A stretch of 64,000 nt of DNA from Geosiphon pyriformis uo1 (taxonomy: Eukaryota > Fungi > Glomeromycota): contig JAAOMT010000379.1 in assembly GCA_016748015.1 (NCBI GenBank), positions 360,095 to 424,094 on the forward strand, read 5' to 3'. Of this stretch, positions 63,878-64,000 are shown piece by piece. A model generated the notes under the pieces. It was not told the DNA's origin. It made no database searches and saw only the letters and a list, made by a program, of their open reading frames with translations. The translations under genes and the position numbers were made by a program. Each line of letters opens with the position of its first letter. Within the stretch, counting starts at the first letter, position 1.

Positions 63878-64000
63878 TGATAATAGTTGGTATTCTTTGG
63901 TCCAACTAAATCCAGATTTAATTTCTCAATTTGTATTTTTTTGCATTGTATTACTTACTACTTATTAAGTTAACATCATACTCTCAAGATTCAACTAAAT

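Overview
This is AT-rich eukaryotic (fungal) genomic DNA with short GT-AG introns and four assembly gaps. The retroelement proteins and the class-3 lipase-like genes resemble Glomeromycotina, possibly Geosiphon pyriformis; this is from recollection and has not been verified. The window has two parts. (1) From about 1 to 19 kb is a gene island that the ORF track only partly shows because the genes are spliced. It holds two paralogous Lipase_3-like genes, one with its nucleophile Ser replaced by Gly. It also holds a 4-exon DOPA 4,5-dioxygenase gene, a multi-TM orphan gene, a hypothetical gene and Tc1/pogo remnants. (2) From about 20 to 64 kb is a transposon graveyard. It holds three near full-length, stop-riddled LINEs (ORF1 RRM-CCHC; ORF2 APE-RT[FVDD]-RNase H-Zn finger) and three more truncated or fossil copies of that family. 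It also holds fossil Ty3/Gypsy elements (LTR, RT, RNase H, integrase) hidden in the extremely AT-rich stretches, and a young Tc1 deletion derivative. The most notable observations are: graded C>T/G>A erosion of repeats that includes non-CpG contexts (RIP-like), a catalytically dead but intact lipase-fold gene, an AUGA stop-start junction between LINE ORF1 and ORF2, and a conserved structured LINE 3' UTR.
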